From Geosiphon pyriformis uo1 (lineage: Eukaryota; Fungi; Glomeromycota): 64,000 bases of DNA. The notes beneath the pieces were generated by a model. It did no database searches and was not told the DNA's origin. It saw nothing but the letters and a program-made list of their open reading frames with translations. Both the position numbers and the translations under genes were made by a program. The first letter of the stretch is position 1, and every line of letters starts with the position of its first letter. The DNA lies in the NCBI GenBank assembly GCA_016748015.1, contig JAAOMT010000777.1, positions 190,347 through 254,346 of the forward strand, in the 5' to 3' direction. Below are positions 24,501-36,700 of this stretch, in pieces.

Positions 24501-27382
24501 AAAGAATGTGCGACACTTTATGTTAATACATGATTCTTATCAGTAACTGGATAAGTCATAGAATGCCTATTACTGCTGCCTGGCACTGAGCAATCTTTTG
24601 TTTGGACAATTACCCACACAACAAAGATGAGATTTGGCGAATGGAAAATGCCAAAGTAGAAGGCATCATGCCCAGCAAAATATTGGAAATCAAAAACAAC
24701 CCTTTAGAACCAGTCAACATTATTCTAATTCCCAACCCAGATGCTTTCCTGAACCTGGAAGCAGGCCCAGAAGAATTTTATGAACACTATCAAAATTTGG
24801 CACCAATTAGAGAAGAGCAAGAACAGTGCTTAGAAGAAATAAACACCCAATTATGTGACCACTGTTTGATTCCATGTGACTTCCAGTATTGTAATAAATG
24901 TGATCTTATCTACAATCCACCACCACATATGATCTACATGATTCCAGAAAAAAACGAACCAATCAACAACTGCATATTGGAATTAAAATCAATTTTAATC
25001 CTAATTTAAACTCCAACAATAATAACAATGAAGACAATAATTTCAGCTCTACTCAATATAATAAGAAAAATAATGGTAATTCAGACTCCAATTTAAACCC
25101 CAAAACATACATTGCATTTTCTGACCTTTCCAAGAAACAAAAACTCAGATGGTATAGCAACAACAATAAAGGCATTATGCCAGAACATGTGCATAATACA
25201 GATGCAGAGTTTGATCTAAGATATCTAAAAAAAGATGCCATTAAATTGAAACTACATTCAAAATAGCACTGGAAATTCTAGCAACAACAATAATACAATT
25301 AACATCTAGAAGTAGCTTAGCCAAAAAGGGAATCAACATCAAAGGAGGAATAATTGATACAGAATACATAGAAAATATCATTGCTATGCTACAAAATAAC
25401 TCAGAAAAGACATATATTATAGATCCAAATGAAAAGACAGCACAAGCAATATTCTTATCTCTGGTGAAAGTAGCTCAATTAGTATTAGTGAAAAACAGGA
25501 AAGAATTAGGGATTACAGCAAGAGGGATATAGGGATTTGGGTCAACAAGTAGAATAGATGTACTAGTTAATATAGCAGAGAAAAAAATTGTTGACAAGGG
25601 AGAAATTATCTCCACCTGTCAACCAATCTTTATTCCACCATATGATAGGTACATGGTCAAAATAGAAAGAAAAGTGAAGAATCAGATTCAGATTTTTAAA
25701 GCAGAAACAAAACTTGTAAATCAGAAAAAATCAGATTAATCAATTTATATATACCAACCAAGAACCACAATTACATCAAAATTCCCATTTACAACAACAT
25801 GGAAGAACTCATTGAGATACCAGAAGAAACCACCATTGGATATTTAACCACCAGAATTAAGGATCAACTATTAGACACCATTACAGACTTTCTACAACTG
25901 TGTGGATATGTAGATATCACATCTTAAACCATATATGAACAAGAAAAATGTTATCTGCTTCAACCAGAACAATTGGAAAAGATGAACTTGGAAAATCTAG
26001 ATCTATTACAATATATACAACTCAAAATATTACTTAACAACTTCAATGACATCTTTGCAAGTGAAAATAAATTTGGCAAAACTGACATCATACAACACCA
26101 AATCAAGACTGGAGATACAATGCCAATTAAACAGAAAGCATACAGAATACCACCAGCTAGTCATGAGATCATTCATCAAGAAATCAATTGGATGCTTGAC
26201 AACAGGCTAATTCAGTCATCAATAAGTCCATGATTATCATCAGTGGTACTAGTCTGGAAGAAGAATGAAAAAATTTGCTTTTGTGTAGATTACCAAAAAC
26301 TAAATGGAGTAACAAAAAGAGATAACTATCCAACTCCAAAGATTCAAGAACTTTTCAATGCTTTTGAAGGAAAGAAATGGTTCTCAACTCTAAATTTAGA
26401 CAGCAGTTACTGACAAGTAGCTATGAAGCCAAAAGACAAAAAGAAAACAGCTTTTACAACTCAGGAAGAAAACTTTGAGTTTAAAGTAATGCTATTTGGC
26501 TTGATGAATGCCCCAGCCACTTTCCAGCAACTTATGAAAATTGTTTATACTGGACTACTATGGAAATCAATAATTATATACTTGGATAACACCAATGTGT
26601 TCTCAAAAACATTTGATGATCATCTGCATTATCTCTAACAAGTGTTTGAAAGACTAAGAAGAACCAGATTAAAGCTAAATGCAATCAAATGTTTCTTTGA
26701 AAAAACCGAACTTAAGTTTTTAGAATATGTGGTGAGCAAAGACAGAATCAAAACGGATCCAGACAAGATTGAGATTGTCAAGAACTTTCTAGTTTCAAAT
26801 AATATCACAGAATTGAGAGCATTTTTGGGATTTGCTGGATACTACTGCTGCTTTATCAGGAACTTTTCCAAAATAGCTTAACCATTACACCAACTCCAAA
26901 CAAAAAACACCAAATATGAATGGACAGAAACTCAACAAAAAGCTTTTGATACTTTAAGAAGAAAGCTTATTCGAGCCATAGTACTGATATATCCAGATTA
27001 TAGCAAGCCATTTATAATAACAACCAATGCATTTGGTTAAGTGTTGGAAACAGTACTATTACAGAAAAGACTGAATGGAAAAGAGCATCCAATAGCTTAC
27101 ACCAGTAGAAGCTTAAGTCCAGCTGAAAAAAACTATGGAACTCCAGTACTAGAACACTTAGCTATCTATTAGGCTGTCATCAAATGGAAAGAATACTTGA
27201 ATCAGAAGTTTGATGTATACACTGATCACAAAGAATTGACTTCAATTCAGAAACAAAAATTTGGAGATGATTGCCATGTCAGATGGAAAATAGAACTGTC
27301 ACCATTTAATTATACAGTACATTATAAAAAAAAAAATGAAAATGAAAATGCCAATGGATTGTTTTGAATAAGACAAATCTAA
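21599..27382 (+). pseudogene. pol: A3 gag-PR-Cys-rich-dUTPase-RT-RNase H
   Basis: Zn-knuckle CHNCGKQGHIRANC, LILDSRS, dUTPase at ~25177-25550, RT, RNase H ending RQI-TAA. Confidence 0.92.
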
Positions 27383-27413
27383 AAACATTTCAATCCAAAA
27401 ATATAATAAAAAG

Positions 27414-28790
27414 ATGAACATACAAAAATACCAACAACTTCAATATTATATAAATACTCAATTGTTCAAGGAGAAATTATTTCAAAAGAAACAAAACAGC
27501 ATAAAACAACAATCAAAATATTTTATCAATCACCAAAATATACTTTACTGGAAAAACAGAAAGAATTCAGATCAACCAACCAGAATAATTACAGAACCAG
27601 AAAAAGAGACAATATTATTCAACATGTATTCAGATTCAACAGCAAGACATTTTCATAAAAAAACAACCATAAAAAGAACCAGAAAAAAATATTATTGGCC
27701 ATCTATGTATCCAGATATTATCCAATATGTTCAAAATTGTGATGCTTGTCAGAGAAGAGGAGAAACAAAACCCAGTGAACCATTGAGACCAATTAAAGTG
27801 GGACAACCATTTGATTGAATTGGAATTGATTTAATTGGACCATTAACAATAACTAACAGAGGCAACAGATACATTGCAGTAGTCATGGATTATTTTACAA
27901 AATGGCCAGAAGCAAAAGCCATTTAAAGAGCAGATGCAGAATCCATTGCCAAATTTATTTATCAAAATTTAATTTGCCAACATGGATGTCCAAAAAAATT
28001 ATTATCTGATCAAAGAACTCACTTTGTGAATAGAACATTAGCAGAATTAAGCCAGAGATTTGGAATCAAGAGACCATTATCATCATCATACCATCCACAA
28101 ACAAATGGGTTAGTTAAAAAGTTTAACAGAATATTGTGTAAAACAATTACCAAGATCAGTCAAAAAAACCAGGACGAATGGAATTTGTTTATACCATTAG
28201 TATTATTTGCTTATCAGACAATGAAGCAAGACACTATACAAGCAACACTATTTGAATTAGTATACAGTAGAACAGCAATATTACCAGTCGAGATAGAAGT
28301 TAACACTTATTCAGCAAAACCAATAACTGAAGACAATTTTCAGGAAACGTTGCTAAGAAGAGTATATGACTTAATGGAAACACTAGAAAACAAATGGCAA
28401 AAAACAGCTAATAACATTCAAATATTACAAGAAAAACAAAAAGAAAGACATGATAACCAATTACCAGAGAAACCAGTTGAATTCAAGATTGGAGACAAAG
28501 TACTTCTACATTGTACTAAAGCAGAAAAACAATGGAATAGAAAATTTGATCCCAAATGGAACAGACCATTTTACATAAAAAAAATTCTTGAAAATAGGTC
28601 TTATAAATTAAAATGGGACAACAAAATCTTAGCCAAAGCAGCACATGGTAATCAACTGAAACCATATTACCATATAGTATTACCATCCACCAGTAATATT
28701 TTACAATTAGGAGTACAGAGAATACTAGTACAACCAGATAAGATTCCACAAAATCTGGAACCAATCATAATCATTAGACCAAACATGTAA
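27414..28790 (+). pseudogene. int: A3 integrase ORF (458 codons, own ATG)
   Basis: ATG MNIQKYQQL; ORFs 27414 and 28026 share a frame; zinc-finger region, DDE core, GPF-like C-terminus; no chromodomain. Confidence 0.92.
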
Positions 28791-28850
28791 AATTGAACAA
28801 TAAAAAGAGTATATAAAGACATGATAGACGTGACAGAAGATTTCAAAAAA

Positions 28851-29472
28851 ATAAAAATCATTTACAACATTCACTCACTAACACAACAACTCTTTCAACT
28901 GATTCAACAACAGAATATAAAAATTACTATCAATTAACAAACCATTTGATACCGAGATACTAAAAAGATACCTAAACACAAAAGTCAAAGAAAAACAGAA
29001 AATATTATTGACAAAATGGTTCTGAAAATAAAATTAACAATAGAGGAACCAACAAGTATTACCACATATCAGGAGTTGACCAAAAAAACTTGGAAATAGT
29101 GAATACATGAATTTCCAAGAAACTTTTGTTATTTTCACTTGGGATGACACTTAAACATTCAGAACTTATACATGGATAAAACAAAACAATTATTTAATAC
29201 AATCATACTGCAACAATTAAAACAATTTGACTACATAAGCAAAAGCCATTTATCAGCTACATACTGGATTTCAAGATAGACCAGAAATTTTACTTAATTC
29301 TGAAATGGATTTCATTACAGTTAACCAAATAAGAAAAATAACCAATGCCTAATTTGAAAAATTACAAAACAAGGTAACACAAGTAATTCTCGAAAAAAAA
29401 GTTCAAGAAATACTTAAAGATAGAGAATTAGAGTTAGAAGATTTAGGAAATCTTAACAGAGCTCAATATTAA
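28851..29472 (+). pseudogene. A3 ORF3, unknown function
   Basis: Homologous to A4 ORF3; start decayed to ATA; ends RAQY-TAA. Confidence 0.75.
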
Positions 29473-29485
29473 AAGGAGGGAATAA

Positions 29486-30306
29486 TATTACTCATAGAAT
29501 AAAAGAAAAACATTAGCATATAAATTAGCCAATCAGAAATAGCTGCAGTAAATGTGGAATTCCAGGATTCCTCTTAAGAAGAATTGCAGGATTCCAGAAA
29601 TTTCAGGATTCTCGTACAAGAAATCACAGGATTCCAAAATTTCAGGATTTCTCTCAAAAGGAATTCCAGAATTCCTGGTGTGAAGAATCGAGGAATTAAA
29701 GAATCTCAATTATGTATATATAACAGTAGTGTTAAAAGTAGAAAAGACAGACCTCTCTGTTTAGATTTAATCTAAGCAACCTTCTATATCACAACTATTA
29801 ATAAATAATTATTCAATACCTTAAATCTTCTCTTCACTATCAATATTTTATGTTGATAATAATTGCTAATTAGATCACACTGGAACAATAGCTCTTGATC
29901 ACGGCTATTGACAGGATACTAACTATTATTGTTTTGGCTTATTTGTTATTTTTCTTTTCTTTATATTTTTTCTCTTTTTGTTATTTTTTTTGTTTATTAA
30001 CTTGATTAAAGGATTCATGCATGGAGGAATTGACATCAGGATATAGCACTGATAAAAGACCCAGGAATAAGAGTAGACACTCGGGATTGAAGATATCTTA
30101 CCAGAAGGAATACTGGCCATCATGCTGAGAAAGAAATTGACAAAACTGCAGTTTTGGGAAGCTATGAATAACACAACTATTAAATTTCTGTTCATTATAC
30201 AAAGAACTCAACAAAACCCTTTAGATATTAACACCAGAAATACCAATCAAGCACCAAGTTATGGGTTTGTTATTTGACTTGAGATCCCAAATAATCACTT
30301 GTGACA
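29486..30306 (+). repeat. A3 3' LTR
   Basis: Matches 10341-11183. Confidence 0.93.
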
Positions 30307-30862
30307 CTGTCTAAGTCTAGCATTAAGAACTATTTCTTTCCTCCAAAAACATCAAACAGTTCTTGAATCTTTAAAGTTAGGTAATTATCTCCTTTTGTTA
30401 CTCCATTCAGTTTCTAGTAGTCTATACAAAAGCAGATTTTTTCATTCTTTTTATGGACTAGTACCACTGGTAATAACCATGGGCTCATTGATAGCTGAAT
30501 TAACCTGTTGTCAAGCATCTGATTGATTTCTTAATGAATGATCTTATGACTGGCAGGTGGTACTTTGTATGCTTTTTGTTTGATTAGCATTGTATCTTCA
30601 GTCTTAATCTGGTGTTGAATTATGTTAGTTCTGCCAAATTTATTTTCACTGGCAAAGATGTTATTGAAATTGTTGAGTAATATCTTGAGTTACATTCATT
30701 GAAATGGGTCTAAATTTTCCAAGTTTATCTGTTCTAGTTGTTTTGTTTGGAGCAAATAACATTTTTCTTGTCTGTATATTGTTTGAGATATGATATCTAC
30801 ATATCCACACAGTTGTAGAAAGTCTGGAATAGGATTTGGTGATTGTTTCTCAATTTTGGTGA
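30307..30862 (-). pseudogene. pol: A2 RT N-terminal part (between the A3 and C insertions)
   Basis: LDLDS|SYWQ motif rejoins across TSD CTGT with 10340. Confidence 0.9.
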
Positions 30863-31733
30863 TGTTACAGAATGGTTCTCTTGTTATATTTAATTGCTGA
30901 TATCCCATTTTAATTGCAATCAGTCTTTTGTGAGTTCCTCAATTCTATTTGTGTGATAATGTCACTGTTATACTGAAGGCTTTCTTTTTAATGTTGCGAT
31001 GTAAGTTATTCTTCAATTTCTGATTGTTGTGTGTGTTTATGTACTCCTTCTCAGAGGCTGAACTGAAATCTACTCACTGTCTGGGGTTTTCTCTGAGGTT
31101 ATCCTTGCAATTGCCTGATGTGTTTTTCTAATTTAGAAACACAGAATGTTAATGGTCTTTAGCACTTTTTTTAATTCTTACAATAAAGCTTTTATCAATT
31201 AGTAACAATGTGAATAATTTTGATCAAGAATTATTCTTCCAAGAGATTCAGTTGATAAATGATAGTTTCATTCAATAAATAATACAAGTAAATTTCTTAA
31301 TACTTTGGGTTGTGATAATTCAGTTTTAAATATTCTTTTTCATTTCTTTTTGATTTAAAAGTTTCTTGGGATATTTAATTTGAAAGTATGATTTAAAGTG
31401 GAGTTTGTTGAATAAAATTGGATCTATTGCTTGATAAGTTATGATTTTTATTACCCAATTTTTCCTAATATTAAAACTACTGTATATATACATGTTTGTA
31501 GTTCTATGAGAAAACACATTGTAATACTTTCTTTTTGATATTTCAATCTGGTGTTTGCTGCTATCACCAGTTGGTGTTGGCTGCTATTGTGAACTGATGC
31601 TTGCCACTATTGCAAGATGGTGTTTGCTACTATGTTAATTATTACTTTTCTAAGATTATTACTGCGCTATATTATGATTGAATAGTTTGTATTATTTTTA
31701 TGATTCTTTTTGCTAAATTCTTAAACTGTAACA
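30863..31733 (-). repeat. C 3' LTR
   Basis: Matches 39541-40411; 23-bp tandem repeat at ~31550-31633. Confidence 0.95.
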
Positions 31734-31746
31734 TTATCCCCTCCTT

Positions 31747-32414
31747 TTAAGATTGAGCTCCATCGAAATCAAAGTTAATTTCTTCATTAAATTCTAAGTT
31801 ACTATAGTGGTTCAATACTGTGTTATTAATTTGTTGTTGTAATTCTTGAAATTGTGAATTGGTAAGTCGTCCAATACTGTTGGTTGTTATTATGTTCATG
31901 GTTGAGTCCAACAATAATTTGTGACAGTTTTCAAATGCTTTGAAAATTCTGTAAACTGTTTTTGAATGGAATGTAGTGTTGGTTTTTCCAATGAAAGATT
32001 CTAATAGTTGGATAGTTGTTTTGTCAAACACTCTAGTTGAGTCTTTTGAGTATAATGTTTGTATGTTCAAGTGCTTTCCTAGTTGATAATAACAGTAATT
32101 AATTGGAAATTTCGTTTTCAAGTTGCTAAATGTGTCTGGTGTTAATTCACTTATTTCTATTTCTTCCATTATTAATGTATTGCCCAATGCTATCTCTAAT
32201 TTTTCAGTAACTTTGCTAATAAATTTGTTGTTATATTTGGCAATATTATATGGTTCAAAATTATGTTCTTTTCTTGTTTTTGGATTTTCTATTGTTCTTT
32301 TTATGTATGTTATCTTGAGCTATTAACTGTGATTTCCAGATCGGATTTTAATTGTTGTAAGCTTTCAACTAATTGTTGAGTTATATTGTTGATGTTTTCT
32401 GGAATAAGTATCAT
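31747..32414 (-). pseudogene. C ORF3, unknown function (one frameshift)
   Basis: MILIPENINNITQQL..., FPINYCYYQLGKHLNIQTLY, ends DFDGAQS-TAA at the PPT. Confidence 0.78.
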
Positions 32415-32498
32415 TGTTTTAATTTTGACTGCTATTTTGGAATCTTTTGTATGCGTTTTTATGGTTGTTAAATCATTTTTGCTGTGATCTAAGATTAA

Positions 32499-33729
32499 TT
32501 ATCTTTTTGAATAATGTTCAATTAAAACTATTGGTTCTAAATCTCATGGAATTTGTTCTGGTAGAATTAAAGATAATTGTGTTCCAATTCTGGGTGTTTT
32601 TGTTGTTATTACTGGTTTACTGTAATAGAATTTCAGCCGGTTACCATGTGCTGCTTTTCTTAATATTTTATCATCTAGTCTTAGCTTGTATGCTCCATTT
32701 CCAAGTATTTCGTGAATATAAAATGGTTCATCCCACTTGTGATCAAATTTTCCACTCCACTGTTTTTCTATTTTTGTACGATGCAACAATACTTTATCTC
32801 CAATTTTGTAGCTAATTATATTATCTGGTAACTGGTTATCATGTCTCACTTTTTGTTGTTCTTATAATTGTTCAATATTTTGTGCTGCTTTTCTTCTTTT
32901 GTTTTCTAAAGTTCCCATTAATTCATATATTCTTCTAAGTAGTGTTTTCTGGAATGTTGTTTCTGTGATAGTGTCACTTAGATAAGTTGGGATAGTAAGT
33001 TCAACTGGTAATGTGGCTTTTTTTCCATAAACCAGTTCAAACGGTGTGAATTGTGTAGTATCTTGTTTTACTGTTCTATATGCTAGTAGTACTGCTGGTA
33101 TAAACAAATTCCATTCTTTTTCATGTTCGTTACTAATTTTCGCCAGTGATTTACATAATGTGCAATTAAATCTTTCAACTAATCCATTTGTTTGAGGGTG
33201 ATATGGTGATGACAGTGGTTGCTTGATTCCAAATTTTTGGCTAAGTTCTTTTAAGGTGCTGTTTACGAAGTGTGTGCCTTAATCTGATAGCAATTCTTGT
33301 GGACATCCATGTCAGCAAATTAAGTCTTCATGTACGAATTGAGCTACAGAAATAGCATCAGCTGTTTTAATAGCTCTAGCNNNNNNNNNNNNNNNNNNNN
33401 NNNNNNNNNNNNNNNNNNNNNNNNNNNNNNNNNNNNATTTTTGGCCAATAGTAATGGCTAGTTGCACGTTGGATGGTTGCTGTTTTTCCAAAGTGGCCTG
33501 AATGAATATCTGAGTGCATGTTAAATAAAATAGTTTCTTTTTCATCTGTGGTTATAACTCTTAATGGATTATCTGGATTTTGTCAATTCCAGTAATAAAG
33601 TATGTGATTTTGGATGAAATAATGTTTTGCTAATTTTTGGAGCTTAATTAGCTCTTTTACTGGCATTTCTTCATCTATTTGTAGTGTTTCCAAGTATTGG
33701 CTGAGGTTTTTGTAAAGATGGTTGTTCAT
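32499..33729 (-). pseudogene. int: C integrase ORF (own ATG; spans an assembly gap)
   Basis: ATG MNNHLYKNLSQYL, NMHSDIHSGH, PQTNGLVERFN, KWDEPF. Confidence 0.9.
33381..33436. other. Assembly gap (56 N)
   Basis: Run of N; part of the integrase core is missing. Confidence 1.
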
Positions 33730-33758
33730 TGTTGTTGTGGTGAGTGGGTTGGTGATTT

Positions 33759-36700
33759 TTATGTGTGTTTCATTCTTGACAAACAGTCAGCATTAGCATT
33801 TTTGGTATCTTCTTTGTATTTGATAATATAATTGTATGGTGCTAACGTTTGTGACCATTTGGCGTATTTTCTTTTTAGTGCTTTCTTGTTATTTAACCAG
33901 ACCAGACCTCTATAATCTGTCGTAATTTCAAAGGGTTGGTACCATAAATATGTGTCAAAGTGAACACAATTCCAGACTACTGCTAAGCATTCAAGTTTAT
34001 GTGCTACATAGTTTTGTTCTGCTGTACTGAGACTTCTGCTGGCATAAGCGATTACACGTTCTCTTCCATTATCATTTTTTTGTGACAGAATGGCTCCAAG
34101 TCCAGTTCCAGAGGCATCTGTGACCAAAATGAATTTCTTGTTGAAATTCGGATAGATCATTATTGGTGATTCAATGAGCTTTCGTCTAAGGTATTCAAAA
34201 GCTTTTTGTTGTGCTTTAGTCTATTCAAACTTCACATTTTTGGATAGTAGGTAATTAAGGGGTTTGATGATGTTTGAAAAGTTTTCTACAAAGTGGCAGT
34301 AGTAAGATGCGAGTCCTAAAAAGCTTCTAACTTCTGGAACATTTTGAGGTACTGGAAAATTTTTCACTTTGTCTATTTTTGATGGATCTGGTTTTATTCC
34401 ATCTTTTCCAACTACGTGTCCTAAAAATGCTAGCTCATTTTTCCCAAAGAAACATTTTTCTAGATTTAGTTTAAGTTCAGCGTGTCTCAATCTCTCAAAA
34501 ACTTGTTGTAAATGTTGGAGATGATCCGTGAATTTTGACAAGAAAACATTTGTATTATCCAAGCAGACAACAATGGATTGCCACAGGATTCCAGAGTAAA
34601 TTACATCCATTAGTCTTTGGAATGTCATGGGAGCATTTGTTAATCCAAATGGCATTACATTGAACTTATAATTGCTATTTTGTGTTGTGAATGCTGTTTT
34701 ATGCCTGTCCTTTGGGTCCATTTCCACTTGCCAGTACCCATTGGTCAAGTCCAGTGTAGAAAACCATTTTGCTCCTCCAAAAACGTCGAAAATTTTGTCA
34801 ATTAACAGTATTGGGTATGAGTCTTTGGTTGTTTTGCTGTTTAGTTTGTGATAGTCAATGCAAAATCTAATTTTTCCGTTCTTTTTCTTTACTAAAACAA
34901 CTGGTGAGGACCATGGACTCATTGATGGTTGTATTATTCCTTTTTCCAACATGCTTTGGACTTCTTCTCTGATAAAATTATGCTCCATTGGTGGGACACA
35001 GTAAGCGCATTATTTTTCAGGTCTGGTGTCTCTAGTGAGAATTTGGTATTGAACCAAGTTAGTTCTTCCAAATTCACTATTTTGTGAAAATATATCAGAG
35101 TATTTTAAAATTAATGCTTTTAATTGTTGCTGTTGGTCAGAATTCATTGTTCTAATGTTTAATTTGGCCAATTTTTCTAGTGTAAATTGATAGCATTCTA
35201 ATGGTTGTTGCCAATTTATTGAAGTGAGTTCACAGTAGAGGGCGATTTTTGGGAAATTTAGAATTTCTTGTGGTATTGACATGTTTTCTAGCTCCGTTCC
35301 GAAGTATTCAATAATGGTATTTTTCAGAATGTAGATGGGTTCTTCTGTGGTGTTTGCGATAGGAATTTTTATCCATTGAGTTTTATCAGCTGGAATAAAA
35401 AGGTTAGTAAGTCCTATGAGAAACTGTTGGCAAGTTTCTGGATAGGGCTCAAATATTAGGTCTTTTTCTTTAATTGTTCTTTTTATTCTTATTTCTGATT
35501 TTCCATATAGTAGGAGCATGATAGACTGCTCATTTTTAATTATTTCGCCTTTTTCCTTTATTGTTTCAGCAAAATTTGCTTCAATTTCTTTTCCTGTCGA
35601 TCCGAAACCAAAAGTTCCTCTCATTGTTTGTGACAATTTCTCACGATTTTTCACTGGCATGAATTTCCCAATTTTTACCAATAGTAGGAAAATTGCTTGT
35701 ACAATCTTTTTTTTAGATTCAATGGTATAAGGCTTTTCTGAATTGTTCTGTAGCAAAACCATTAAATTTCCAGTATATCCGGAGTCAATTACTCCTCCTT
35801 GAATGCTTATTCCTTTTTTTGCGAGGCTTGATCACAATGCTATTTGAACCATTATTCCTGGCAGAATTTCAACCGCTATTTTTAGGTCGATTTTGGTGAT
35901 GCTCCTAGGTGGTAACGTTGTGGATTGGTCTTCCGGATAATGTAGATTGAATCTGGCATCGGTTGGATAGACTCTTTCAAGTATTATTTTTAAGTGCCCA
36001 TTGTCGAAGTATTGGATGTTGGTCACCTGTTCTAGGTTGGTATAGGCTACAAATTTTTCTGACTCGGGACTGTCAGGTGAGTCTTGTTAATTTATTGATT
36101 GATTTTGAGACTACTGATTCTCAATTTCCATTTTTCTTTCTAAGCCCCTTTCATCTTGACACTCTTCACAGCACTGATTTTGGCACAGAATGAGACAGTT
36201 TTCGCAGAGGTAAGTGTTGATTTGGGCGAGGTATTGTTTTTGCTTTTGTCGAGTGGGGCATAGTTGTTGGTAGTAGTCCTGGAATTTGTCTACTGGGTCA
36301 AACATATTGTAGCTGGCGACTTTGTCAGCTACTTTGGCTGACTCTTTCCAACATCATATTTCTTCAGTGGTTCCTCCTCTTACTTTGGCTTGTGCGGTGT
36401 TGTACAACTTATTCTCGTCGTGTGGGTAGTGCTATAGTCTTTTTAACACTCTGTTGAATGCTGCTTCGAATGGCATTCCTCCTCTTACCCAGTCACAGAT
36501 GAGGATTGTGTATTGGCAAGTTGCGTCACATGTTCCTCCTCTGCCTGATATGTCATTCCAGTCACACCTTTTTGGTAATAATTTTCCACAAGCGAGGCAC
36601 GGTTCCTCATCCCATTTTCCGTGTCTTTCTGGGTAACTGTATTTTTTTTTGTTACAACGGTTACAATAGTAGTGGGTGGGATTTCTTGGGTCTTTGTCTG

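Larger units (their letters stand above)
10341..30306 (+). mobile_element. Ty3/Gypsy family A copy A3, full length (~9.85 kb without A4)
   Basis: TSD CTGT at 10337-10340 and 30307-30310; PBS 11184-11201; PPT 29469-29485. Confidence 0.95.

Noticed and set aside
29740-30306. Self-cleaving ribozyme in the LTR
   Set aside because: Hairpins are present, but I could not identify a hammerhead (CUGANGA/GAAA) or HDV-like core by eye
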